From the NCBI GenBank assembly GCA_965113315.1, contig OZ220372.1: a stretch of DNA of 64,000 nucleotides; one strand, given 5' to 3'. Source of the DNA: Podarcis vaucheri (taxonomy: Eukaryota). The first letter of the stretch is position 1, and every line of letters starts with the position of its first letter. The notes below the pieces were generated by a model. The model was not told the origin of the DNA. It saw only the letters and a list, made by a program, of their open reading frames with translations, and did no database searches. The translations under genes and the position numbers were made by a program. Below are positions 12,550 to 25,226 of this stretch, in pieces.

Positions 12550-13976
12550 CTAGATAAAGAACAGAGAACATTCATAAATCCAGGCCATAACCAGAAACAT
12601 TATTCAAATACCTCACCATTCCATTTTCCCCCCATTACCAAGGAAAAATGTCTGTTGGTGTTTGAATTGAGGTACTTTCAACATTTGAGTAATTTGTCTT
12701 CCTTCACATTTTTGTTTTGTTTACATAGCTATCTCAATTACATTGTCATTTCCCTGCCCAAACTTTTTCTCTATTTGCCATGTAATATTCCATACTTTGG
12801 GTCACCAACATGGCACCTGTGGGCACCATGGTGTCCTCAGAAACCCCCTTAGTGGCCACCAATACCCCTTGCCATTCAGTTCTAATGTTTTTTTAAATGA
12901 GCTTTTGGGGGGCTTACTTGTCTTGTATTTGTTCTGGGGAAGGTTGCCTATTTTAGAGGGTATGCTAACTGCTTTTTTAATATAATATTTGTTATCAGAG
13001 ATGTATAGGTGTTTTGTCTGTTGGGAGGGGGTATTATGAGCATCACTATTTTCTTCTTCTCTGAAACGAATATCTTGGGGTGTCCATGACAGTTTTGGAT
13101 CTCCAAAGGTGGCCTTAAAACTCCAAAAGTTGGGGCCCCTTGTTTTATATTGTATTTTACAGCACTCATCTCTGGAAGAAATTAATGTCAGAAAGGTTCA
13201 GTCACAAACCTTGGTTTGGTGCTACTAGAATGAACCTTCAAGAAGCTTTAGGCTTGCATGCTGTGATTTTATGTGAACTGGAAAACTAGGATTTGTCTTT
13301 GGCCAGAAAACGGGATAAAACTTTTGTTTCCAACACTGGCTCGCAGGTGAAGTACTAACCATAGTCTGACAGTTCAGACAAATGACTAACTCTGACTTGC
13401 CTCAGATCAGAGAGAGAACTGTCCTGTGCAATGTAGGGCAAAAAGTGCACATGCAAGTCAAAAGCTCCTTGAAGGTTTGTACTTATAGTATCAAGTCACA
13501 GTTGATATTTAAACCAGTCCTGCAAACTTGTTGGGCTAGATATCTCTCTGGCATGCAAACCTCAAATGTTGGATGTTCTCAAGTGTTTTGTAAGGCAAGT
13601 CTATTACAGTAACAAACATATATAGTCTCATTAACAATGCAGCATAATAAATAGAAATAATGTCAGGAGAGAAAAATGTGGTACTGGTTTACATGGTGCC
13701 ACTTCTAAGAAGTATTAACATCTCTCAAATACCGAGTACTTAGCTTGCATTAAGACTTTAGGCATTACTTGACCTCTATAAATAGGTCACTCATAGGCTG
13801 CTTTCCCCCATTCAAGAGATATGGGCACATTATGTGGCTAGCACAATGGTCTGAGGATACATCTCCCAACAATTATTGCAATAGTTTAACAATCCATCCC
13901 CAAGTAGAAGACCAATATGAGCAGATGAGCTTATTCATTTAATTTTGTAGAAAATATTGAATTTAAGGGGGAAACC

Positions 13977-13987
<11 letters not shown>

Positions 13988-14023
<36 letters not shown>
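13988..14023. repeat. (TTA)n microsatellite after a poly-T run
   Basis: Directly visible. Confidence 0.9.
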
Positions 14024-14026
<3 letters not shown>

Positions 14027-14768
14027 ATATAAAAGATAAACAAGCTTCAACAATTATGATTGCCATGGGGAGTCTTCTGCCCAACTCTGATGCTCCAAAG
14101 ATGGGTGAAGATTGTCCCCTGGAAGCATTCTGATGATCCCTGCCCTCTCCCCAGTTCTAAGGTTAGGAAGAAGGTGTGGGTTGGTTAGCATCTTCATTGC
14201 TCAAAGCCCCCACTTTCAACATACGGGCTCAAAACCAACACCGATCTGCTTTAGGGGCTTCTTCAGCGTCTGCTCAATGGTGACACTCCCTCTCTCCCAT
14301 AGAAGGGGGGCAGTCTTTGGCCATTACTTTGAGCTCCTTTGTTGAGCACTGGTGAAGCCAGAATGGTCCTGGCCTGCCTTTCCCAAGGGACTTCTTTTGC
14401 TGCTGAGTGGAGGCGATTGCCTCCATCAAGCCATGAGGGGATGGGACAGGGTGGGAAGAGCGAACCTGGCAACCACAATTTTTGGCTTGGCTAGCAAAGC
14501 TAGCCAAAAACCATAAAACCTTAAAGATAAAAACATTCCAGTTGCTTTTATGAAGTAAACACATTGGGGGGGGGGGATCAACCATCAGAAAGGAAAGTCA
14601 GAGATGGAGCAGGAGTAGTGGGTAACTATAGACATTTACAACGAATCTTCCAGTTTGCTTTGGGGCAAATAATTTAACCTCTCTTAAACCTTCAAAATGG
14701 CATATCTAGCAACAATCCAAACATAACTACCATCAAAATAATAAAATTTCATCAGTGCAGTTCTTTAC

Positions 14769-14915
14769 CTCTGATTGGGTTGAGGGCAATCTGATCCATA
14801 CTCCTGAACATGCATACCAAAAAAGCACAAATCGACACCATCAATCTCCTCAAAAGCAAAGAGGGCTTTTGTTCGATAAGGGAACTGTTCTGCCATCTCT
14901 CCACTATCTACAAAC
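14769..14915 (-). CDS. EP300: EP300 exon 25 (147 nt; HAT)
   Basis: tgcag|GTTTGTA...CAGAG|gtaaag; [33 protein letters not shown]. Confidence 0.95.
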
Positions 14916-15870
14916 CTGCAAAATGTAAAGACATAATTTAAAGGCATTCTTTGAAGACAAGCACAACAGAACGAAGGTAACAGAAATTCTAGTCATGTGG
15001 TACAGTTTCAAAAATGCAGATATTGTACCCAAATAAAAAATTGTAACTACTATTTATTTTATAATGGATTTGTTTTAACTGCCTTGTTCTGTTGTAGTGT
15101 AACCTTAATGATGAAAACAGCTTTAAATGTCTTGATAGCATAACCGCGTGTCAAATTAATAAACTACACAAAACCTAAATGAGCACACCCGTAACTATGG
15201 AGAGAATTAGAGCCATCTCCGATTAGAATTTAACAATAAGAGATGCCTGTTCAGTCTCCTTAACGTGATTAATTTACTACCCTTCATTTCCTAGTCTTTC
15301 CCAACATCTCCCACATACCTTTTCTCCTAACCCTTACAATTCATTGTATGAAACCTAAGTAACAAGATATGCAACCAACAGTGAATGTCCTAATTGTTAT
15401 AATCATTCATACTATAATAGTAGCATTAAAAACACTTCACATTATGACATTCCATGGGGAGTGTGGGGAAGCGAGGAAATATCTTAACATTAGAAGAGAT
15501 CTGACCACCTTAGCCTGCAAATGAAAACTTAGCAGTTCAGGGTATCTACAGCCTACTGAAATATTATGTTTTACTCCTTAAATTTTATTTTTTAGCTATA
15601 AATTATGAAAAGCCAATACTCTATTTAATCCCTATGATCAACATTTTTGAATTAATTCACCTTACTTTAAAAAAACCTGTTATAATGGGAAAGTCATAGA
15701 AATAACAGTTTGAAACTCATAAATGTGAGATACGATTGATGGCAAAGATATTGCCAAGTGCTCTTTGATTACGAAAATGATATATTATGCATTGCTTTAA
15801 CACACATAGTAACTGTGCAACTAGAGGATTCATAAGGAAACATAACTCAAAGACTTGAGGAAAAACATAC

Positions 15871-16021
15871 CTTGCTTTCATCCCTGGCTTTACCTCTACA
15901 GTTTTCTCTGAAGTATGAACCACCCTAACTATGACTTCGCCTGACTCAGGGTGATTCTGTCTTCTCAGGAACTCATTCACTCTGTTCTCTAAGAATGTAC
16001 CAAGTCTTGTGGCTGGTAACC
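15871..16021 (-). CDS. EP300: EP300 exon 24 (151 nt; HAT)
   Basis: tacag|GGTTACCA...GCAAG|gtatgt; LPATRLGTFLENRVNEFL...VKPGMKAR. Confidence 0.95.
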
Positions 16022-17442
16022 CTGTATAAAACAAAGAACTCTCAGCATACTATTACAGTAAAACATCAACACCAAAATCGCCTAATATAAATAGGTATAG
16101 CTTTACATTGAGGCCCACTGATTAAAATTTCCATGCTTTTGCCCTTGATGTTAATCTAAAACTTCTGCCTATTAATCTACCAACTGAATGCTGTAGACTT
16201 GCCTGGACACCGATCTGCTAACAGTTTTCAATAAAGCTAGTAATTAATATCTACATAATGTTCTCCCCAAGAAAAGAGGGTAGCATCAGGCATATATATC
16301 GCCTAAATAAAGAAAATGGAATTCATCTAGAAACATGATTCCAGTACTTTTTGGCCATATGCTTGTCAGGATGTCCCTAGCAGGGCACTAGAGCTCTTTT
16401 AAGATCTATCTCCAACATCTTAAACTATTCACCATATTAGCAAGATTGTTCCTGAACGGACTACTTAGGAAAAAGTTATCTGTGTATAGCTCACTAAAAA
16501 CACTGCATGCAGCAGCATAGAAAAAAGGCAAACAGTATTGGGAATGATTAGGAAAGGGAAATCAAATAGCATGCACAATACAACATCCCCACCCCCACCC
16601 CAATTCTCAAGCAATGATCCCAATAAATCCAGGAAGCTTTAATTATGGGGGGAAAGCAAACAGATGTTGAGACTTCAAGTATCAGGCTCATATAGTGGCT
16701 TGGTTTCCATTTTAGGATAATGGGGAAAACTCCAAGTGTTTGGCTGCAAGTTAATGTCTTCCATATTTCAAGGATGTACAGAGATCTGGGCCTCCTAATT
16801 GCACCTTGTCAGCGCAAGTTACCAGGCGGTTACTGATAGGCAAGGACTTCTATACTTGCCTAATTTCTTATTATAAAAATGACCAAAGATTCAAAATTCC
16901 ACCTTAAAGGCAGAGTAACATTAGGATTATGTTCCTGATAAAGGAATATTGTCAGTACCCAAATGGAACTGATCTGGTCAATAGACTACCTCAAGTTAAT
17001 TTCTGTGGCTTAGTGAAAAAACAGCATGTAATAACAACAGTTCTTAATGAATCACTTAGCTATAGGATCTTCTGAAATTAGTAAGATTTATTTCCTAATC
17101 GGTAAGTGAGCATCAAGTGGATGCTCTGACCCCTGAAGTGCATCTTGTTGGGTCCATGAGACCTTCTCAGGTTCTGTGTCCAGCCTCTGGAACTCCCTGC
17201 CAAGGGAAACTCTTCTTTTTATGAAGGCTCTAGGACTTTAGAATTTTAATTTTGCTAAAAAGTTATGTGGGCAATTGGGACTGACATTTTAACTTGCTAT
17301 TTTATTTTTGTTGTACTTGAAATTCTCTATTGTATTGATTTTTAATGTTGTTGTTAGCCATCTTGAAGGAAAGACAGGATTAAAATGCTTGAAATAAAGC
17401 AACCAAAGGGTTGAGGAAGAGAAGGAATATTACTTCACTTAC

Positions 17443-17510
17443 TTCGAGCACAAAATTTATTTTCTCTCCGAGTTCGCCCAGTTTTCTTTAGGCAACCATC
17501 ACAAACAAAG
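17443..17510 (-). CDS. EP300: EP300 exon 23 (68 nt; PHD end)
   Basis: ttcag|CTTTGTT...GCTCGAA|gtaagt; FVCDGCLKKTGRTRRENKFCAR. Confidence 0.93.
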
Positions 17511-18339
17511 CTGAAATAGAAATGGGGAAAAAAGAAATTCAAAATATATTCTTAACCAAAAGGTGAATAATCTCCACAAAAATATTCCTTTGATATTTTC
17601 TAACATCCTGATACCCAGTACTTATTTCAACCATTATTTCTTTTTTTAAAAAAGGATAGCATATTGGATTTGATCAATGTTTTAGTATGTATCAACAATA
17701 AATTAGGAAATCACTAAAAGGTCTTATTGCCAAAAATATGTTTTATCAATTAACTTCCCTTTTCCGGTTTAAGATGAGCACTAATTTTAAGTTGATCCAG
17801 TGATTAATGTACACTATACTACCACTTCAGCCGTTTCCCTTTAGCACTTTCTTCAAAGGAGAGCATAAATCCCAACTAGGACAATATACTGGATGGACAG
17901 AATGGAGGATGCTGTGGAGAATGTTGGCCTGCCTTCTGAAATACTGCATCATGGACCATATAAATGATGTTCTCTGTGCATTCTGTGATCTGTGGCAGCA
18001 GTAGTAAGGTTATTGGAACTAGAAAATCAAGCTTCCTGGGATCTGAGTTGTAGAAAGTCCCTCTAAAGGCAGCATTGATATTACATAGGAGTATGTTAAC
18101 AAATGTCTATTAAGAGGGCAAGTTTATCAACTGACTTGAAAATAGCAACTTAATGGCAAGCGTTTTAGAAAAACAATTTTAAGCTGGCATGGTTGCTGTT
18201 TTAAATTAGACCACCAGCACTCTTTCCAGATAGAACTGTAGTCATTTTGCCATTTTTTAAATTGTACACAAAAAGCACATCATCAACAAATTACCATCTT
18301 TGTAAGAAAAAAGGAAAGAAAAAGCAGGAAGCAACCCAC

Positions 18340-18417
18340 CCAGATGGCCAGATTGTCTCATTGTGAAGCACACAAATCTGATGCATTTTTCTTCCACATT
18401 CTATACATTCAACAAAC
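18340..18417 (-). CDS. EP300: EP300 exon 22 (78 nt; PHD)
   Basis: ttccag|GTTTGTT...TCTGG|gtgggt; FVECIECGRKMHQICVLHNETIWPSG. Confidence 0.94.
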
Positions 18418-19098
18418 CTGGAAGAGAGAATCAAAGTATAAGCAACACAGGAAGTTGTTGAAGATAACTGATTTAGAAAAAATGTGTTGGAACTGAAGAT
18501 TATGTAGCCCAAGTACAAAATATTCAGAACTGTACGATTTCAAACCTGTTGATCTGCTGTACATGTATCTTTTCTCAGCAACAGTCTAGTGTACTATGCC
18601 CAAATGCAAACCACTACTCCCCATATGGTCTACATTGATTTTAGTTATGCATTATATAGCTTCTCTTTTCTTACATTCCACTACTAAAAGAATTCACAGC
18701 AACTAAGATTCCTGTACATCTAAGTCTGAAGGCAGAACTAGGTACATGACAAAGCACAGTTAAATGTTTACAAAGAGGATTGGGAGGCTTTTGAAAAAGT
18801 GAAGTCAATTTTTTATACTTCAAAACAAATATATTCAATATAAATTTGTAATATTGACTAAAGTAATCAAAGGCTTTTCTACCCCAAACTCAGATTATGT
18901 GGCTATACTTAGGCAGGCAAATATTTGCTTTCTTAAGGTACAATACACCATCAATATTGCAGGTGATAAACTAAGAGAATAATCCTAAAGCCTTCCACTC
19001 ACCCCTCCCACCCCCCTGCAAAAATAAATGAATAAATGGTGAAAAAAACTTTCATTTTTAAAATGACAAGTGATTTGAGCTGCTCAAACATGACTTAC

Positions 19099-19155
19099 TG
19101 TTCAGGGTCCAGTGTATCATTTTTCCTTTTAGAAAACTGGTCTTTATTTATTGTG
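19099..19155 (-). CDS. EP300: EP300 exon 21 (57 nt)
   Basis: ctcag|CACAATA...GAACA|gtaagt; TINKDQFSKRKNDTLDPE. Confidence 0.94.
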
Positions 19156-20317
19156 CTGAGGAGAAAAATTGATAATCACAGTTGTAACAAAAATAAGTAG
19201 CTGCTCATAATAATAATAAATCTTCCTAGCACTTACAGGAAACCCTGCTACACAGCCCAATAGAACTCCATATGCATTCTGCTTCTTAAGAATTAAAAAT
19301 TTTGAGAGGAAGGAAAACTACAGGTGAATTCAAATATCTAGGGCAATGTAGTGGCTACTTAAAAGCTTGTAAGACACCAGAGTTGCCATTCATAACCTGT
19401 GACCACACACTTAAGCACTCCTCCCCCTCTGCAAATGCTTAAAAATCCAGAAAGTCTTAGGGCTTAGCAGTGTCATCAGAAGCTACAGATAATTTCTTCC
19501 TCACTAGGTACAGGAACCATGCAGTCACCATGCAGCTTCTAACCAGCCAAATTCAACCCTCCATCACAGACTGGGGAGCAGACAAGCACAAAGAGGCTAC
19601 TAAGAAGTACAGAATGTACTATTTAAACACATTCTACAGTTTGACGTATCATGAAACCCCATTTTATAAAACACATCATCTTTAAAGACTGACATTTATT
19701 AATATACAACTTATGACTAGCTTTTGGGTTAGTGAGACCTCCTTATCTTCTCTCAACTGTAATAGTTGCTTTTACTATGATAGCCTGGACATAGTTTTCT
19801 ACCCTCTGGAAATTTCAGAGTTTGACTACTGTTATATGTTGTATATGGGGTTGCCTTTAAAATTGGTTCAGAAACTTCATCTGGTTCCAAGCACAACCGA
19901 TAAACTGTTAAGCAGGACACACTAGTTTCAGCACCTCTGCAGTATTAATAGTTCTACAAAGTTACCCAATATTTCCAAGTTCAATGCAAATGTCATTTTT
20001 ATACCTTTAAAGCCCTGAACAGCTTGACACTAGAGTACTTAAGAAGAACCATCTTTTTTTATATGCACCAGCCCACCTTCCAACACCCTTTTCCAGGTGC
20101 CCTCAACTCTTTTAGTGAGAGCATCTATTCAGTGATGGTGCTTTGTATTTGAATAGTCTCTCAAGACATAAATATGGCAGTTACTTCTACCTTGATTCAG
20201 CTCAATTTCCTTTTTACCAAGGCTTTTAATTGAATTGCTGCTGCAATCTGATCTATTAGTTTAGTGACTGTCATATTCCCCCACCCCCCTGCTGCTTACT
20301 TGGGTTTATTGTTGCCA

Positions 20318-20443
20318 GACAGGCAGTAGCCATGTTAGTCTGTTACAGCAAAATTAACAGGGTCTTGTGGCATCTTAAAGACCAACACATTTTATTATAG
20401 CATGTGCTTTCACGGACTAGAGCTTACTTTATCAGATACATGA
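20318..20443. mobile_element. Penelope-like element terminal fragment
   Basis: gtagccatgttagtctgt...tgtggcatcttaaagaccaac...gctttcacgg resembles a reptile Penelope repeat end. Confidence 0.5.
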
Positions 20444-21079
20444 TTTTGTTTATCGCAATGTTGCTAGCTGTTTCATTCTTTTCTACTATGGTAAGCTATT
20501 CCAAAGAGGCTTTGTTGAAAAGCACCCTTTTAGAACAAAAGCAAACTAATTAAATTAGGTTAGGAAATTATTGTTAATAACTGTTGTAGAATGTGCTTTT
20601 GTAACTTCTACCACTGAACTACTGCAGTGTGCTGTCTATAAAGCTGCTTTAGAATTTTTTTCAGAAGTTGATCCAGAAAGTCCAGCAGACTTTTGCTGGC
20701 CATAAGAATTACGCTACACTTAATAGGATTGATTACTGGTTTGTTTCCAACCACAAACTCAAATTTCTGGTTTCAGCTTTTAAGGCCTTACCTGATCTGG
20801 GCCCTCATAACATGAAGGAATATCATAGGTACCCCATATGGAACTGAAATTTTGGGAGGTGGTGCTATTACTGTATCCTCTCAAAGAGGTATGGACAGCA
20901 GCTGTAAGATATAGGCTGGGGTCCCCAGTGTGACACCTGAAACCCCAGGCACCCACCTTGGTACAAGCCAAGCCCCTCTGCCCCCCCCCTTTAATGGGGA
21001 GTTGTGGTCACTCTACAAATATGTATAATCACATTGTGATATTTAGAGTTTTCCCCAGTCTCTTTACCAAAGATCTCAA

Positions 21080-21460
21080 ACATGGAGTTTGCCTTTTGCA
21101 CAGCTGCCACACAATAGGTCAACATTTTCACTGTGCTACCAATGATGACTTCAAGATTTCATTCCTGGTGAGTAACCATCATGTCAGACTCTATAAGGAT
21201 ATATGTGAAGTAAGGATGCTTTGCCCTGTTGACCATTACTTCATACTTGCTTACACTGAACAGCATTTGCTATTTTAATGCCCATTCATCCAGTTTGGAT
21301 TCTTTTGGAGCTCCTCACAATACTCTTTTGGTTTTACCACCTTAACAATTCAGTATCATCAGTAAAACTGGCTAATACACTGCTCGTGCTTAATTTCAAG
21401 TGATTTATGAACAAATTAAAAAGCACCAGTACTAACCCAAATTCTTAGGGACCCCACTTC
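21080..21460 (-). mobile_element. Degenerate CR1 LINE reverse-transcriptase fragment
   Basis: Reverse strand resembles the CR1 SGVP.GSVLGPVLFNLFINDL...F.DDTKL region, with disablements. Confidence 0.65.
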
Positions 21461-23528
21461 TCAAACCCCTTCATTATAAGTTGTTGTTCTTTTTTACTAT
21501 GTATTTTGTGGTTTTTATATTGTAATTTAATGTTGTGAACTAAGTGCCCTGAGATCTGTGGATGAAGGGCAGTATACAAAATGAATAAACGTAAAGTTTG
21601 GGGAAGGACAGGGGAGTGGCAATTGTTTGTATTTTTGTATTATTACTATTTGTGGGGGAGAGATATTTTGCCTGCTTTAGTGTGTGTGTATCTAAGCATT
21701 ACCTGTTAACATTCTGTGATGTTTATTTAACAAAGTTTATATACTGCTTGATTGTAATAAATCTCTAAGTGGTTTACAAGACATGTTAATGTAATGTCAA
21801 CAAAAAAAGTTAAAACAGGTACTTTAAAATGTTCAACGATCAAATGTGCATATAATGAGGTAAGGTGATCTCACAAGTAAATGGATCCCAAGCTGTTGAG
21901 GGCTTTGTATTAATATATTAATAGTAACGCCTTGAACTTGGCCTGGATATGAAAGGATATTTTGTAGTGCCTATAACAGTTTCTCAGATTTCAAAGAGTG
22001 CTCTTGGACTGGGGGAAAAATCTGAACATCTAGGATGTTCTTGGTGGTGATGTTCCAGTTATGAAATTGTTGCCTAGAGAAGCTTTTCCTGGCTAGTACC
22101 TTTCACCTTTTAAAGGGTAGGAAACTTTCCTTTTCTGGAAGACGTCTGCTGCCTCAGAATCCAACCAGACTAAAAATTATGTCTCTTGAGATCCTGTGTA
22201 TTTTAGCATTAAAAATGTATTTTAAAGCATTTTAGGCACTTTTTCTCCAAAAATCTACTACATATTTTCTCCTGTAGGTTAAATTAGTGGTGGACAAGAC
22301 TGAAGACTAAGTTTTTAGCTAAGTCTCCTTCCAAGCGCTTCTTGTTTAATCCTCGGCATCAGGCTCTTTCCTGCTTCTAAAACCTTCCCTGTTTATATAT
22401 TTTCACATATAACCAGAATCCATCAGGCAAAGGATCCCCACTTACTGCAATTAAGCAATCTATTTCACATATTATGGAACTATCAGAACAACATTACAAA
22501 TATTGAAGTTGAAGCAAGGGAGCCTTACACATTGACTCAGTCCAGATTTCACGACAAGTCACACATCAGCATGACAAGAGTGAGCCACAACAAGCCTTGA
22601 GCTTGTGCACTCCCCTCCTGAGAGTTCCAATGGTTCCACTTCTGGGTTAGATTAACCGCAACATCATGTCATCTGAACTTAACTTAAACTGTGGCTAGCA
22701 TTAACTATGGGTTGTTTGAAACAAGCATGCTTCATAACACATGGTTTGAAGTTGAGTTGTTGCAAGCCATAGTTAAGGTTAGTCACAGTTTAGGGTTTGG
22801 ACAACATGCAGTTCTCATCTCATCCTTGTAGCTGTGCCTAAGGAGAAGAGGATGTGGCGTTCAAATATGGCCAATATGTAAAGGCACATAAATATTCTAA
22901 GTGTCAGAACATGGTTGCAACCTCCAGCAAACAATTCCTATGAACGCTCTGCTCCAACATAACCCTATTTTGAGCAGGAAAATCTGTCACCCGTGTTTTC
23001 AAATTTAGGCCTGCTTTCAGTTAGGTACCTGCCTGAACAATTCCTTACTGGATCTCCTGCTCAACAGGTTAAAGGTAGTCATGGTGTGTATGTGTGTGCA
23101 TGCACATGCACAAAATAGTTAAAAGTTAAAGCAAGCTGTGAAGTCTCTTTTCTACAAGCAGAAGCAACAAAAAATTTTGCAGGCTCAGGTGGGACTGGAA
23201 TTCTTAAACATTAGGTCTTTATTAAATCTAACATATAAACTGGAATAATGCTTCTACTTTTCAAAAGTGGTTTTTCATATTCTCACCAAAATATGAATGT
23301 GTTTTAAAAGCTAAAGCTCATTCTGAAACATAAGATATGTCTTGTTTTCAAATAATATTCCTGTCCTCTGTTCCTCCCATAATTGCACAAGGCCTCAGCA
23401 TTAAATAAGGAATTTTACCATAAATTTGATGTAAATTGTTTAATAGTATTTAGAGTATGTGATTGACTAATGCTATGATAAATGTTGTAAGAAATTTAAA
23501 AATAATTAGAAAGGAGATAGCTACTCAC

Positions 23529-23609
23529 GTTTGAGGCTGTGATGGGTCGTCCCCCAAAGAAACGCTCTCTCCTTGGATTTCATTGAAGCACTTCTCACAG
23601 AAATGATAC
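23529..23609 (-). CDS. EP300: EP300 exon 20 (81 nt, short form; RING)
   Basis: cgacag|GTATCAT...CAAAC|gtgagt; YHFCEKCFNEIQGESVSLGDDPSQPQT. Confidence 0.95.
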
Positions 23610-23639
23610 CTGTCGGCAAGAAGGCCATATTTGGGTGAA
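23610..23639 (-). CDS. EP300: Alternative 30-nt 5' extension of exon 20 (adds SSPKYGLLAD)
   Basis: Upstream acceptor ggaacag|TTCACCC, exactly 30 nt 5' of the canonical AG; in frame, no stop; first AG after a 347-nt AG-free zone. Confidence 0.7.
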
Positions 23640-23641
23640 CT

Positions 23642-23988
23642 GTTCCGTCCACACAACACAGCCCAAGCCAAGCAACGGAGCCACCAATCACAGCAGGCCA
23701 AGGAGGGGGGCGGGAGCAGAGAGCAGGTCATCAACGGCGACAGGGACATTCAATGATGAAGATTTATGGGACCCAGAGTTTGTGTTTGGTTTTGTTTTTT
23801 TGTTTGGGTTGGTTTTTTTGCAATCAAAGCCAAGTGCAGACAACGACAAGCATGAAGGAGAAATAAAAAAACAACACACACACACGAACAAAGAAATAGG
23901 GATTTGCAGGACGAAAAACAAAAACACAGAAGCAAGACAGGACAACACAAAGCAGAAAGCCAAGGCAAAGCACAGATTAGCATTAAAT
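23642..23988 (-). promoter_or_regulatory. AG-exclusion zone with putative distant branch point (TGCTAAT, A at 23977) and long U/UG-rich tract
   Basis: No CT dinucleotide on the plus strand between 23642 and 23988. Confidence 0.65.
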
Positions 23989-24509
23989 CTCTCAAATGGG
24001 ATCACAAGCAGCAAATTATAGCAAATAAAAAGAGTATTCCATTTTAGTATGCCCATGCCCTCCTCATTTCAATAATCAATGCTACAATAAAGCAGAGAAT
24101 CAAAATGAAGAAAGGGTAAGAGCAATTGCTGCTCTGACATCTGCATCAGGGTAGCAACTCTTTTCACAAGAACATCTGCCAGGAGAGGGCTGGAAAGGGG
24201 TGAAAACAATCCATCTTGAGAATGCTCAAATGTTGACAGGCCAGTCCTTCCCCTCAAAGCATTTTTTGTTTGCAACATCTGTTTAAAGCAGCAGTAACCA
24301 TCCCCAAAACAATTTCTATGCAATTGTTCATGATCTGCCAAAATGACAGGTGCTTTAAGGCATCTGACAATCAGCCATGCATATGTATGTTCTTAATATG
24401 TGACGTACTGATGTTCCATGCCTCCAAATTGATGTATAATTGACATATTAAAAGGATTCCATCTTCATCTAAATTAATGTTGAATGCTTTACTCAAGATG
24501 TTTTTTTAC

Positions 24510-24545
24510 CCGCAAGAGTGCACAGAAACTGCAGCCTTTCCATTG
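24510..24545 (-). CDS. EP300: Candidate 36-nt in-frame microexon in intron 19 (S-NGKAAVSVHSC-G)
   Basis: U/UG-rich tract, then ttgcttag|CAATGG...TGCGG|gtaaaa; phase 2-2; stop-free. Confidence 0.45.
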
Positions 24546-25226
24546 CTAAGCAAGTTAATTTGAGTGCAAACATACAACAAAAAGAAACAAAAACAAAAAA
24601 CAAAACTGTGACAGTATTATAAAGCAAAGCAAAACCAACACTAGAGGAAATGTAATTGCTAAGGAAAGGATCACTTCTTCACCACCTATGTTTCCTATCT
24701 GTAACAGGTTAGTTTATTTATTACACTGATACAATGACAAACATTGATTTGGACATTCAAAAGACCAGTGTCCAAAGAACCACTTAGTGTTATCTGCTTG
24801 GGGGGAAGGCTTTGCCTTGCATGTTTTGGACAGCAACCTTCCATTCCACATTGTTTTTGAAACTCCTCTTAATTTCAAAAGCTGTGATATGGCATGACAG
24901 TCTGCTGATTAAAGGTAAAAAAATCCAGTAGCAATGCCCTAGCCCATGTACACACCTACAGCAGTTCTTTGGATCCCAGCTCATATGTATACATATGAAG
25001 ATTTCTTTACTCAAGTTGGCATTTGTGATAAAAATGACTTATGGCATGAAGCTGTAAAGTTATAGAAATAAATGAAAGCTTAGCTTTAGATTTGTTAAAG
25101 AACTAGTTGTCTACTTCAGCAACCCCCCCAAAGCATGATTTGCAGCAATACTCCTGACAAAAATCGTGAAAAAGTTGTGTTCTCAGTTTTCCTTCCTCCC
25201 TTAGAAGAGCTCCAAACACAGTTTTT

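Noticed and set aside
23635-24056. 128-aa (+) and 122-aa (-) ORFs in intron 19
   Set aside because: By-products of the low-complexity AG-free tract; not protein-like
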